Shown one piece after another: positions 13,146 through 25,478 of a DNA stretch of 64,000 nucleotides; position 1 is the first letter of the stretch; the number at the start of each line of letters is the position of its first letter. The notes under the pieces are model-generated. The model made no database searches and was not told where the DNA came from. It saw only the letters and a program-made list of their open reading frames with translations. A program made the translations under genes and the position numbers. This stretch comes from Leucoraja erinacea. Its lineage: Eukaryota. Location: the NCBI RefSeq assembly GCF_028641065.1, contig NC_073401.1, positions 30,814,001 to 30,878,000 on the forward strand, read 5' to 3'.

Positions 13146-13755
13146 CAGAGAAGATCCATAACCATTTGTTAAAGGCTCGGCGTGGCTATTTCTATTTGGC
13201 ACTTGTACATTTTCAATATTCACTGTTCATCGCCTGTATGGAAGTATTTTACAACCCAGGCTGCTGGTGAAAGACCCTGTGGATCACTGTCCCTTCATGT
13301 GCCTTTATCAAACAAGGTACCCAGAAGTGGGTATTAATCTTCAAACCCACAGCCTTGACATTTATTGCAATGTGAAAGAAACAGAGTGCTGGAGTAACTC
13401 AGCAGTTCAGGCATCATCTCTGGAGAACATGGATGGGTGATGTATTGGGCCGGGACTCTTTTTCAGACTCAAGGATTACTTCAGACTTGAGCCTGAAATG
13501 TCATCTATCCATGTTCTCCAGGGATATTACCAGACCTGCTGAGTTACTCCAGCACTTTGTCTCTTTTCTTGTTCCTTGCGTCTTGTCTTTCTCGTTGTCC
13601 CAGCACCTGCAGTTCCTTGTTTCTACATTAGAGCAATTTACTTAGGTTTCACCTCTGTCACATTCGCAACTGTTCTGCTCACTCAAGTCTTACGGAAGAC
13701 ACTGGCTCTGGGAAACTGTTAAGAAATTGACCCTTGTAAATAAACGTTAACCTAC

Positions 13756-13864
13756 CTGCACTGGTGACGGCCTCACTCCCTCCAATGGGCAACAGGTTCC
13801 ACCATACATCTTTTTCTGCTGAAAAACCCATGGCACCAAGGCTCGATTATGGACTCCTATTTCA
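13756..13864 (-). CDS. TRMT2A: TRMT2A exon 3 (EIGVHNRALVPWVFQQKKMYGGTCCPLEGVRPSPVQ)
   Basis: TAG acceptor, GTAGGT donor, 109 nt, phase 2 to phase 0. Read by hand. Confidence 0.95.
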
Positions 13865-13924
13865 CTAATGGTTGAACAAAAAGATCACAAGGGAAACAAT
13901 GACACTGAAGTAAATTAGGAAAAT

Positions 13925-14230
13925 GGTCGGCACGATGGCCACAGTAGAGCAACTGCCTTCCATCGCCAGAGACCCGGGTTCAGTCCTGACTACGGGTGTT
14001 GTCTGTATGGACTATGTACATTCTCCCCGTGACCGTGTGTGTTTACTCCAACATCTTGGTTCCTCCCACTCTCCAAAGCCATACAGGTTTGTAGGTTAAT
14101 TGGCTTGGTATGAGTGTAAAATTGTCCCCAGTGTGTTTAGGGTAGTGTTAATGTGCGGAGATCGCTGGTCAGTACAGACTCGGTGGGCTGAAGGGCCTGT
14201 TTCCGCACTGTATCTCTAACTAAACTAAAA
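13925..14230 (+). mobile_element. tRNA-derived V-SINE (HE1-like), near full length
   Basis: tRNA-like head, V-domain, and 3' tail GGGCTGAAGGGCCTGTTTCCGCACTGTATCTCTAAC(TAAAC)n. Confidence 0.8.
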
Positions 14231-14629
14231 TAAACAGAAGGAGGACAAGGAGAGGTACAAAGTGCTGGAGTAACTCAGATCAGGCAGCATCTCTGGAGAC
14301 AAAGGGAGATTTATATCCAGAGATGCTGCCTGACCCGCTGAGTTACTCCATCACTTTGTGTTTGTCTTCGGTATAAACCAGCATCTGCAGTTCCTTTCTG
14401 CACAGAAGTAAGACTAATCCATGTGCAACTCTCCAAAATATGGGGAACCTTTTACCTCACTCCACTTCTCTGCACTAACCCCATGCACCTTCACATCTAT
14501 TGGCCGCAGACTTGAATATATTCAAAAACGGCAGCAAATTCTCAAGATCTTTCACTATCTGGATGAAAGATTTCCATGCCGAATGGCTGCCCCAGGATTC
14601 TCCCAGGGAGAGGAAAATGTAATCCTTGA

Positions 14630-15035
14630 GCTGGAAAGTACGCGGGGAAAATTTACGAGGACATTGCCACGGGTCGAGGGCTTGAGCTACAGGGAGAGGT
14701 TGGACGGGCCAGGACTTTATTCCTTGGTGCTTAGGAGGATGAGGGGTAATCTTATAGACGTGTATAAAATCATGAGAATAGATAGGGTGAATGAACAGAG
14801 ACCAAGGTACGGGAATCAAGAACCAGAGGACATAAGTTCAAGGGAAAGATTTAACGGGAATATGAGGGGCAAGGTTTTCACTCAGAGGGTGGTGGGTATA
14901 TGGAACAAGCTGCCAGAGGAGGTAGTTGAAGCAGGTACTTTAACGCCATTAAAAAAACACTTGGACAGGTACATGGATCTTGGTCGGCATGGACGAGTTG
15001 GGCTGAAGGGTCCATTCCCATGCTGTATGACATGA
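14630..15035 (+). mobile_element. CR1-type LINE 3' fragment
   Basis: Translates to the CR1 ORF2 C-terminus (GLSYRERLD..GLYSL..RRMRGNLIDVYKIM...FTQRVVGIWNKLP). Confidence 0.8.
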
Positions 15036-15396
15036 CTCCCATCATTTATTATTGTCATATCTTGTCAGAGAGATTGCAGTTGTGGGGTGGGAAAACAATT
15101 AGCATTATTCCCTCTCCCATGTGAACGCGTGGGATTGCTTCGGGTGCTCCAGTTTCCTCCCACATCCCAAAGACGTGCGGGGGTGTAGGTTAATTGGCCG
15201 GCTATAAAATTGCTCCTAGTGTGTGTGGGGGAGATGAGTGGTCCAACAGAGAATTAGTGTGAATGGGTGATCGATGGTTGGCATGGACTTGGTGGGCTAA
15301 AGAGCCTGTTTCCATGCTGTATCTCTAAACTAAAATATGATAACATTTGTTGCTTTACCATCAAACTCAGAATCCCAAGGGGGGTAACGTACATAC

Positions 15397-16025
15397 GTGG
15401 TCAATGTTCCCAAGACGTGCAAGACATTCTTCTCTTTCTTTTTCAATTGCTCTTCATAGGGAACTTTCCACAGAGGGGTCACAACATCTGCGATTTGCTC
15501 ACTTAAAGGTCTATCTAAAACTTCCACAGCAGCCGGACGTTTCAGGTCATGATCATCATTCTCCTGGCCTTCCTGCTTTCGTTTTTTGGCAATAGGATCT
15601 GCTTTTGGCTTTGCTAATCGGACACGCAAATTCCTGTTCTTCCAGACTTGCCCCTGAAGGACTTGCATGGCTTGGTCTCGATCTTTTTCTTCTTTAAAAG
15701 TCACAAATGCATAAGGTTGCTTTCCAAATAGTTTGATTTTATGTGGAACCAGATTATTCCTGCTGAGGAATTTCCTTAAATCACTGAAGCTCACGAACTT
15801 TGGGAGGTTCTGAATTTCAATCTTGTAAATCTCAGATGTGAAAAGATCGCCTTTGATATATCGATAGACGTCTTCCCCAGGCTCATCAGTTTCCACCCGA
15901 GTTTCATCCGGGGGGCTGGACTTTTCACTTTCCTCCATCACTCTTGAATCCGTCAGCTCACATGTCTCGCTTTGAACAACTCCAGGAGATACACTGGCTC
16001 CTTCTTCAGCCATGGTGCCGAGATT
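15397..16025 (-). CDS. TRMT2A: TRMT2A exon 2 (RRM domain: LFTSEIYKIEIQNLPK...AFVTF...LRVRLAKPKADP); second in-frame ATG at 16013
   Basis: TTTTAG acceptor at 16027-16026, GTATGT donor at 15396, 629 nt. Overlaps ORF 15330..16013. Confidence 0.95.
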
Positions 16026-16148
16026 CTAAAACACGAACATCATCATTCATTACTATTATACCCCATGCTACGGACTGACAGACAATTCATCAACCGTTTG
16101 TAATTTAGGTATCTTATTGTCAAACATTTCTGTTATTATTTCAACAAC

Positions 16149-16271
16149 GTGAACAGATGCTGGGTTAAGTCTTCAGTCTGAAGAAGGGTCTCAACCTGAA
16201 ATGTCACACAGTCCTTCTCTGCAGAGATGCTGCCTGTCCTGTTGAGTTACTCCAGCAGTTTGTGTCTACCC
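16149..16271 (+). mobile_element. Penelope pseudo-LTR mini-insertion with hammerhead-like core and 14-bp TSD
   Basis: Contains CTGAAGAAGGGTCTCAACCTGAAATGTC. ATTATTTCAACAAC occurs at 16135-16148 and 16272-16285. Confidence 0.7.
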
Positions 16272-17349
16272 ATTATTTCAACAACTCTACCTTCAGAAGA
16301 ATGATTAGCAAATCAACGCAAGCTCTCATTTTTCTTAACAACCGAGGTATGTTAAGAACATAAGTGCGTAGAGCACAGGAATAGTCCTTTTGGCCCACAA
16401 TGCCTGGGTGAACCTGATGCCAACTACCATCTGCCTGCACGTGATCCATATCCCTCCATTTCCTCAATAGCTGTGCCTATCCAAAAGTCTCTTAAATGCC
16501 AGTGGTGTATCAGCTTCCACCACCAACCCCTGCAGCGAGTTCCAAGCATTCAGCACCCTCTATGTAAAAAACTTGTTCCATACAAATCCTCACCTTAAAC
16601 CTCTTGCTTCTAGCAGTTGATATTTCTATCCTGGGGAAATAGGTTCTGACTGTCTACCCTATCTATGCCTCTCATAATTTTCCACACTTCTATTAGGTCT
16701 CCTCTCAACCTCCACGTCACAGAGAAAACAATCCAAGACTGTCCAACTCTCCCTGTAGCTAATACCCCTCATGCAGGTACCATTCTGGTCTGAATCTGAA
16801 TAAGGGTCTCGACCTGAAACATCACCCATTCATTCTCTCCAGAGATGCTGCTTGTCCCACTGAGTTGCTCCAGCATTTTGTGTCTACCTTTGGTTTAAAC
16901 CAGCATCTGCAGTTCCTTCGTACACCATTCTGGTAAACCCCCTCAGCGCCCTTTCCAAAGCCTCCATATTCTTCCTGTTATGGAGCCACCAGAATTGCCT
17001 TTGGGAATGTCATCCTATACGTATATATCAACCAAAGTGAACACTATGGGCGTTAAATGCAATAGGTATCGATTGTTGCAAGAACAACAGTAAATTCATG
17101 GTTATGGTCAGGAGAAAAATACCTTTTTAAAAAACAGGATTGAACATTAAGACTGTTCTGATAACACTGTGCACTATTTCTAATAAGAAATCTGAAGGCA
17201 ATATTATATTTTTAAAAGAATTAGGACTGCGACTGGAAGAAACAGATGTTCATTTATAGATTGCTGCAACGGGTTTTAAGAATCAAAAGAACCATCAATA
17301 TTAAAGAAATGGGTGCAACTAAGTGTTGGAGTAACTCAAGAGGGGGTCA

Positions 17350-18930
17350 GTTCAGTTTGAATTGGGAAACAAAGAAATGGCAGAACAGTTAAACTGTTAT
17401 TAAGGAAGACACAAACAATCTCCAATACCAGGGAACTGAGGATCTAGTGGGAGGACTGAAGGGAATCCACATTAGTCAGGAAAGGGTGTTAGGTAAACTG
17501 TTGGGACTGAAGGCAGATAGATCCCCAGGGCATGATGGTCTGCATCCCAGAGTACTCAAGGAGGTGGCCCCAGAATTTGTGGCCCCAATGTTCTCTCGAC
17601 TCTGACTCAGTTCCTATGGACTGGAGGGCAGCCAATGTAACCCTACTTTTCAAGAAAGGAGGGAGAGAGAAAATGGGGAATTATAGACCACTTTCTATTT
17701 TCCCTCCCCCCCCCCCCCCCCCCCCCGACATCAGTCCGTAGAAGAGTCTCGACCCGAACGTCACTATTTATGAAGGGGATGTTATGCTTGACTAATCTTC
17801 TGGAAAATTTTGAGGATGTAACAAATAAAATGGATAATGGAATGAATGGATGTGATGTATCTGGATTTTCAAAATGCCTTTGACAAGGTCTCACACAAGA
17901 GATTTGTGTGCAAAATTAGAGAACATGGTATTGGGGGTAGGGTATTGACATGGATAGAGAACTGGTTGGCAGACAGGAAGCAAAGAGCAGGAATTAACTA
18001 GTCCTTTTCAGAATGGCAGGCAGTGCCGCAAGGCTCGGTTCTGGGACCCCAGTTATTTACAATATATATTAACGATTTAGACGAGGGAATTAAATGTGAC
18101 ATCTCCAAGTTTGCAGATGACACAAAACTGGGTGGCAGTGTGAGTTGCGATGAGGATGCTATGAGGCTGCAGGGTGACTTGGAAAGGTTGGGTGAGCGGG
18201 CAGATGCAATATTATGTGGATAAATGTGAGGTTATCCACTTTGGTGGCAAGAACAGGAAGGCAGATTATTATCTGAATGGTGTCAGATTAGAAAAAGGGG
18301 TGTGTAATGAGACCTGGGTGTGCTTGTACATCAGTCACTAAAAGTAAGCATGCAGGTACAACAGGCAGTGAAGAAAGCTAATGGCATGTTGGCCTTCATT
18401 ACAAGAGGATTTGAGTTTTTGATCAAGGAGGTCCTACTTCAGTTGTACAGGGCCCTAGTGAGACCGCACCTGGAGTATTGTGTGCAATTTTGGTCTCCTA
18501 ATTTGAGAAAGGACATTCTTGCTATTGAGGGAGGTGCAGCGTAGGCTCACCAGGTTAATTCCCATGATGGCGGGACTGACAAATGATGAAAGAATGGGTA
18601 GTTTGAGTTTGTATTCACTGGATCTTATAGAAACATATAAAATTCTCAAGGGACTGGACAGGCTAGAATGTTCCCAATGTTGGAGGAGTCCAGACCCTGG
18701 GGTCCCAGTGTAAGAATAAGGGGTGGCCAATTTAGGACTGAGACGAGGTGAAAAACCTCTTCACCCAGAGAGTTGTGAATCTGTGGAATTCTCTGCCACA
18801 GAAGGCAGTGGAGGCTAATTCACTGGATGTTTTCAAGAGTGAGTTAGATGTAGCTCTTAGGGCTAAAGGAATCAAGGGATATGGGGAAAAGCAGGAACGG
18901 GGTACTGATTTTAGAGGATCAGCCATGATC
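17350..18930 (+). mobile_element. CR1-type LINE, 5'-truncated, decayed RT
   Basis: Frameshifted RT motifs PQGSVLGPQLFTIYINDL, SKFADDTKLGG, LYRALVRPHLEYCVQFWSP and FTQRVVNLWNSLP. A Penelope fragment is nested at ~17695-17765. Confidence 0.9.
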
Positions 18931-18953
18931 ATCCTGCACCTGTTCTTCTGTTT

Positions 18954-19139
18954 AAGAAGGAACTGCAGATGCTGGAAAATCGAAGGTACACAAAAATACT
19001 GGAGAAACTCAGCGGGGGCAGCAGCATCTATGGAGCGAAGGAAATAGGCAACGTTTCGGGCCGAAACATTGCCTATTTCCTTCACTCCATATAGATGCTG
19101 CTGCCCCCTCTGAGTTTCTCCAGCATTTTTGTGTACCTT
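18954..19139 (-). mobile_element. Fold-back Penelope pseudo-LTR mini-insertion with 15-bp TSD
   Basis: Inverted arms meet at GTTTCGG-G-CCGAAAC. CCTGTTCTTCTGTTT occurs at 18939-18953 and 19140-19154. Confidence 0.8.
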
Positions 19140-19863
19140 CCTGTTCTTCTGTTTCAATCTTTAGATTATTATCACATGTACCGAGGAACAGTGATAAAAC
19201 ATTTGGTTAAGTCTGGCAGCATCCCTGGAGAACACGGATAGATGTGACACAAAGTACTGGGGTAAATCATGTAGGCAGGAACTGCAGATGGTGGTTTACA
19301 CCAAAGATATAGACACAAAATGCTGGAGTAACTGCATTTCCAGAGATGTTGCCTGTCCCGCTGAGTTACTCCAGCATTTTGTGTCCACAATGGGTCAGGC
19401 AGCAGCACATCAATATTCATCAGTCGACATAAATACTTTAAAATGTTTTAAATGATGAGAGGGATAGACAGAGTTGACGTGGATAAGCTTTTCCCCACTG
19501 AGGGTAGGGAAGATTAGGGAAGATAGGGAAAACAAGAGGACGTGACTTGAGAATGAAGGGACAGAAGTTTAGGGGTAACATGAGGGGGAACTTCTTTACT
19601 CAGAGAGTGGTGGCTGTGTGGAATGAGCTTCCAGTGAAGATGGTGGAGGCAGGTTCGATTTTATCATTTAAAAATAAATTGGATAGTTATTCTCAGGGAG
19701 GGGAAAGGAATGGAGGGTTATGGTCTGAGTGCAGGTAGATGGGACTAGGGGAGAATACGTGTTCGGCACGGACTAGAAGGGCCGAGCTGGGCCGTTTCCG
19801 TGCTGTAATTGTTATATGGTTATATAAATACACGATTTAGCTGCAGCTCGCGGGCCTACTCAC

Positions 19864-19875
19864 AGTTTGTGACAT
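19864..19875 (-). CDS. TRMT2A: TRMT2A exon 1 coding part (MSQT)
   Basis: ATG TCA CAA ACT|GTGAGT. Phase 0, in frame with exon 2 (NLGTMAEEG). The Kozak context is weak, so the exon may act mostly as 5' UTR. Confidence 0.6.
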
Positions 19876-20246
19876 CAATTAACGGTCTCAGGCCACGATC
19901 CGCCTCCCGGGCGCCGCCATTTTGTGAAGTCATCGCCGGGGCATTGTGGGATCAGGCTGAGGCGGAGCGATGGCTGAGGTAACGCATTTGCCCAAATGCT
20001 AGGTTTATATTTAATATACTCCGTGCTAATGATAATACGAAGCAGTTTTAGAATAAAAACAATGGATATGAGCAGCTTGCGCGGCGTTAAGAGGAGGTGC
20101 TGGAGAGGTCTGGAGGCCGGCCTCCGGTTGCTAGGGAGGCCATATTGGACCGGGGTGAAGTGGGAGCAAAATCAAGCGCGAAAGTAAAAGAGCCGGACAA
20201 GCTTTTATTGTTTGTCACCCGTAATCTAACCCCATCCTCCCTTAAA
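19876..20246. promoter_or_regulatory. Bidirectional TRMT2A/RANBP1 CpG-rich promoter
   Basis: Lies between divergent first exons. YY1 CCGCCATTTT at 19914-19923, ZNF143/Staf-like GCATTGTGGGA at 19941-19951, RFX-like GTTGCTAGG at 20127-20135, reverse CCAAT (ATTGG) at 20144-20148, E2F GCGCGAAA at 20176-20183. Confidence 0.85.
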
Positions 20247-20261
20247 ATGGCAGACGAGAGA
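20247..20261 (+). CDS. RANBP1: RANBP1 exon 1 coding part (MADER)
   Basis: AAAATGG Kozak context, AGA|GTAAGT donor, 5 codons, phase 0 (like human MAAAK). Confidence 0.85.
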
Positions 20262-23224
20262 GTAAGTATTCACACGCACTTGAAGCTCAACATCTCTGCT
20301 TCACATCCAAGCTGATATTGCTTCTGTATGTTTGAAAGCCGACGGTTAATTTTAAAGTGTACCAAAGTCACCATTATATGCCGGGCTTTTTATTTATTGG
20401 AGATGGGGAGGCCTCTGTCATTCGTATCGACGGCCAAGATTCATTGAAAACCGCTATCCGTAAATCCTCTATTTGCGCTATGCGGATTAAATTTTTTATT
20501 TTCTTTGTAAGTTCATTTTTTTTTTCTCATTGAAACCTCGTCTCCTCTACAGTAACATCCATCCCTGGCTTGGTCCAGCACTGGCCTAAACGAATGTGAA
20601 TCAGTTACAATCCATATAATCGGGTTTCTTCGTGTGTCTTTATATTTAAATGTGCGTTTTTTTCCCCCCCGCATTTGTTGAATTAATGGGGATCGAATAT
20701 TGTGCGACAGAATATTTATAAGGTATAGTGTTTTTTTTTTTCTCTCTCCCCAGCTAGTCTAAAATATGAGGTAATGTCTACTGGACTTGTATCCTCGATG
20801 GAAAAGCGTGCTTCTTCTACCTTCAAACATTTATTAACATTTCTTTGAAAATTACAGATCAGTCCCGAAATCTTCTCACGAGATTACACAGCCTTTTTTT
20901 TTTTTTACGTGTTCCTCATTAAATCTCCCTTTAAACTAAGTACAGGAGATCATTTTGTAAATTCCCGAGTTTTGTTTTCTGTGGCAGGTGATTTTCTCTT
21001 GCCAGTTATTAAATTAATTTGTGGATTTTCCCCCCCCTGAAAAACAAAGTTCTGCAGGAACTGGACAAAATCCGTGGAGGGAATGGACAGACATGCCACC
21101 TAACCCTCCAAAATTCTTCCAGCATTTTGCTGGAATCTAGAGAAAAAAGTCTATTCTCTTTCAATTTTTACAGTTGATATCAACGTTTTATTTTAGGAAG
21201 TTGATGATTTTCCCAGTCATTTTCACATAATTCGCTTTTTTTTCCAAAATCGTTCTTGGTATAGAGCTATATAACGTGTACTTTCTCCCTATGCACGTTT
21301 TCTCTGTAAGAATTTTCTGGTAGGACTGTTAACTTTTTAATGGTATGTTGGCACAGCCTCATTTGTTCCAGGCCAAAAGCTTGGGTTCTTGTCCTTTTGA
21401 ATTTAACTCCAAAATTATTGCAATATTAATTTGTATCCTTCCATGAATATGTTCTTTACAACGCACAATATTTAACAACTTTTAAGGATTACATTTATTG
21501 TATGCAGAATTTCTGGATTTTATGAGAATCTGAGGATACAATTAACTAACACTTATTTAAGTCCAGAACAAGAAGGTATGGTGAGGGGGAAACTAGAACC
21601 TAAGAGTGAAGTTAGAAAATACCCATGAAAGCAGGTTGTGATAAAAGTTTGAAATCCCTTGACAAACAACAGTAAATACAATTTGTTTATTTTAAATTTG
21701 AATTTTTGTTAAGCAGAGATATTAAGAGAAATGGGACAAAGCTGTGCATAACAGTTTGAATGGGGGAACAAGTTTAAGGGCGCACATGCCTGCTTCCTGT
21801 TGGACTGTTATGTTCCTGTCTTTATTTCCAAGTACTCGTGAATTCTTAGTTTTTTTCTTTATGTACCTGAAATGAACGGAGGTTGGCTGCTTCATAGTGC
21901 ACGTATCCAAAAGAGATAAAAAGAACTGCATCCTCATTTATTCATGAGGTGTGGAATTGTATTCTGGTTAATAATTTTCTGTGAATTTCATCATATTTGG
22001 GAGCATTTGCATTTTCGTTATTTACTTTTAGCAATTGCTTGATTGTGTGTCCAGTAGCAGATAATGGTCTATTTAAAATCTGTTATTTTAGTAACACTTG
22101 TTTTGACATTTAAAGCTTCCCTTCCCCTGACCACAGCATTTTGCTTGCGTATAGGAAGGAACTGCAGATGCTAGTTTAAACCGAAGATAGACACAAAATA
22201 CTGGAGTAACTCAATGGGGGGCAGCATCTCTGGAGAGAAGGAATGGATGAAGTTTTACGTTCAGAACTTTCTCACCCGATTCAGACCTAAAATGTCACCC
22301 ATTCCTTCCCTCCAGAGATGCTGCCTGCCCCCACTGAGTTACTCCAGCATTTTGTGTCTATTTCGCCAGTTAACAAATGCTTTTATATCTTAGTTGTTAT
22401 AAAGCATTCTGAGATTGTATACCATTGGAGCGTAGCTGGCATTCTCTATGCGTTTTTGTTCCCCTCGTTCAGTTTGAGCTCTAGTCACTCATCTAGATTG
22501 TTTGCATTATAATCCTACAGTGACCAGTCAGCATTTTTGAATGGGGCAAGATCTTAATGCTAATGCTTTGGAGCTAGTTAGTGTGATGTTTTCTTCTTGG
22601 TTTAATGATATGCAACCTGGCTTTCGAGCAATAACTCTAATAATCGCAACTTTGCAAACTACCTAAATTGTTCACATGCACAAATAATGAAAAGACTGGT
22701 GTAAGCAACTACAAATAGATCATTACACCGACTGGGTTTTGCAACCAAATCTTGAGAAATATGATGCAGTTTAAGGAGAGGAAAGGTTTCATGAAATGAA
22801 GCTAGTAGGAGATGAAGATAAAAATTAACTGTATAATGATGACATCAAAGGTGGGAGAAATTGTTTAGGGAAATACTTAATGCAGTAAACTGACTGGAAA
22901 TTGTTATGTTCTTGTCCATACATTACACTTGCAGATTAGAGCAACATCAGAATTACAAATTTTCCAAAATATTGACATGTAGCTAAGTTGGAAGTTCAAC
23001 TTTAGTATGTTATTCTCCAGATCGCTGTAAGTAGCTGCTCCATAAATAACATGTAGAATTAAATGTTTCTTTAATCAACAAATAATTACAATAGCTATTA
23101 TATAAGGTAGGATTAATATAATGGAATGATACTAAAAATGCTTGTAATTCTGAAATAAAAACAAACTGCTGGAAATATTCAACTGTTTGGCAGCTTCCAT
23201 ATAAAGAAACACAAATAATGTTTT

Positions 23225-23431
23225 TGTTTAAGAAGGAACTGTAGATGCTGGAAAAATCAAAGGTAGTTAAAAATGCTGGAGAAACTCAGCGGGTGAGGCA
23301 GCATCTATGGAGCGAAGGAAAAGGTGACGTTTCGGGTCTGAAAAAGGGTCTCGACCCAAAGCATCACCTTTTCCTTCACACCATAGATGCTACCTCACCC
23401 GCTGAGTTTCTCCAGCATTTTTATCTACCTT
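23225..23431. mobile_element. Fold-back Penelope pseudo-LTR mini-insertion with 12-bp TSD
   Basis: Inverted arms around a degenerate hammerhead core (CTGAAAAAGGGTCTCGACCCAAAGC). AAATAATGTTTT occurs at 23213-23224 and 23432-23443. Confidence 0.75.
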
Positions 23432-23508
23432 AAATAATGTTTTCAGTATTTTTTTTAATTTAGTTTTAAAAGGATATCTGTTTCACTTATCTGGTTTGTC
23501 TACTGCAG

Positions 23509-23645
23509 GAAGCAGGAGACCATGATACCACTACAGAGAGTGTAAATGAAGATACCAACCACGATCCTCACTTTGAGCCAATAGTCTCACTTCCTGAGCA
23601 AGAGGTAAAAACATTGGAAGAAGATGAAGAAGAGCTTTTCAGGAT
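23509..23645 (+). CDS. RANBP1: RANBP1 exon 2 (EAGDHDTT...HDPHFEPIVSLPEQEVKTLEEDEEELFRM)
   Basis: CTGCAG acceptor, GTAAGT donor, 137 nt. Confidence 0.96.
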
Positions 23646-25320
23646 GTAAGTAATATATGACGTATAGCAAGTCTGCTTATTGTGCTGGCAACTAGCTCAA
23701 TATGATTTGTATGGGTAGGTGTTTGATAAACATATTAATTTCATAGGTTGGTGTCTAATGCTCTGCTGCAGATTGTTTTGTAATTCCAATTTCTGTTTGA
23801 TTAGCATCTTGGACTTTCAGTTTGGAGTTTACCCAAGAAAGTAGATTCACTTTCTTCTTATTCTGGCCCCTTTTTGTGGCATCTTGAGATCTCCAGCATT
23901 GGCTTCCTGTTTTCCTCTGCCATGCTTTTCATTTTGAATCTCTAATTCTGATCTGTTTAATAATAATAGTGGGAAATAAGTAACTTCTATTTATGTAGGC
24001 TTTGATTACACGGTGTAGCACCATAAATTACTTTAACTTGTTTGATGGTGTCTTTATTGCCGCATACACAGAGATACATTGAAACGCTTGTTCTGCAAGT
24101 TATCCATCAAATCATACCGTACATGAATACAATAGATCCTCTCCTGGAAAAACACACTTGGCGTTTCCATGTTCTCACTTCCATCTTCCAACTTCCAAGT
24201 CTCTGGAACATCAGATCTTTATCTAAACAGACATGCAATTTAGAGGTACAGCGCGGAAACAGGCCCACCAGGTTGGCGCCGACCAGCGATCCCGGCACAA
24301 TAACACTACCCTACACACGCCAGGGACTATGTTTACATTTACCAAGCCAATTAACCTACAAACCTGTACGTCTTTGGAGTATGGGAGAAACCCGAAGATT
24401 TCAGAGAAAACCCACGCAGAACATGGGGAGTAATATTGACCATGATACCAGGGTCCACCCTTCTCCTTGTCAAATAGTGTAATGAGAGTTTAGGGCCCCG
24501 ACCGCCCTGACGTGGGGGCTTCGATCGCCCCAACTGCAGATGGTTCGACTGCCCCAACCGCAGGAGAATAAAGAGGAAAGAAGATTAGACTTTGTTGCCT
24601 TCCATCACAGTGAAGAATGTGGGGAATCTGCTGTGGTGGATGTTTATGTTGACTTTTATGTAGTAGTGTGTCTTGTTGCTTTTTTTAGTATGACTGTATG
24701 GTAAATCAAGTTTCACTGTACCTTAATTGGTACACATGACAATAAAATGCTCTTTGAACCTTTGACAGGGCAATGACACTTCGTGGAAAATTCTGTAATT
24801 TGAGCACAGATTTCTCTGAAATGTCTTAAATCCACAGCAATTTGACTATGAAACAACTCTACTTCTATTTGAGTCATGGGTACCCCATATAAAATTCATG
24901 ATTTTGAGGATTATTTAGACTTATTAAAATTGAAAGGATTCTCTGTGGGAAATGATAGGCTCGGTTTTACCTTGGTTTAACATTTTTACATTAAAATGAG
25001 AATTCTGTGTAACCAATAGATTGGAGCACCTTGTATTCCAAACATTCAAATGAATTGCACTAAACTGACCAAAGCTCACATGCTCTCTTTTTCCCAGCGT
25101 ATTAACACTGACCAAGCGTACATTTTGGGTTGTGGGAATCTTCTAGCCTTGTAAGGAGCTCACCAAACTGTTCACTGAACAACGTTTTCTCTTTTCCCAA
25201 TCCATCTGGAGAGATAATTTAATGATCTGCATTTTCCTCGAAAAAGTAAATGATGTCCAAGTGTTTAGAAAAGTCTGGCGGTAGGATTTAAACGACCAAA
25301 CTTTGTTTTTGTTTCGACAG

Positions 25321-25478
25321 GCGTGCAAAGCTCTTTAGATATGCCTCCGAGAATGACCCTCCTGAATGGAAAGAACGAGGAACTGGAGATGTGAAGTTGT
25401 TGAAACACAAGGAAAGGGGAACAATTCGCCTTCTGATGAGGAGAGATAAAACTCTCAAAATCTGTGCAAACCATTATC
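25321..25478 (+). CDS. RANBP1: RANBP1 exon 3 ([29 protein letters not shown]...KICANHY)
   Basis: CAG acceptor, GTAGGT donor, 158 nt. Confidence 0.96.

Larger units (their letters stand above)
3701..19875 (-). other. TRMT2A: TRMT2A gene span, tRNA (uracil-5-)-methyltransferase homolog A, 12 coding exons, 1815 nt CDS, 604 aa
   Basis: Exons 19875-19864, 16025-15397, 13864-13756, 12251-12070, 11017-10903, 8645-8530, 7774-7663, 6649-6527, 5669-5594, 4991-4875, 4770-4674 and 3827-3701 splice in frame. Product has an RRM followed by TrmA/RumA-family motifs YRNKCEF, AFFQVN, LDVCCGTG, DPPRAGL, YVACN and DLFPHT. Confidence 0.96.
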
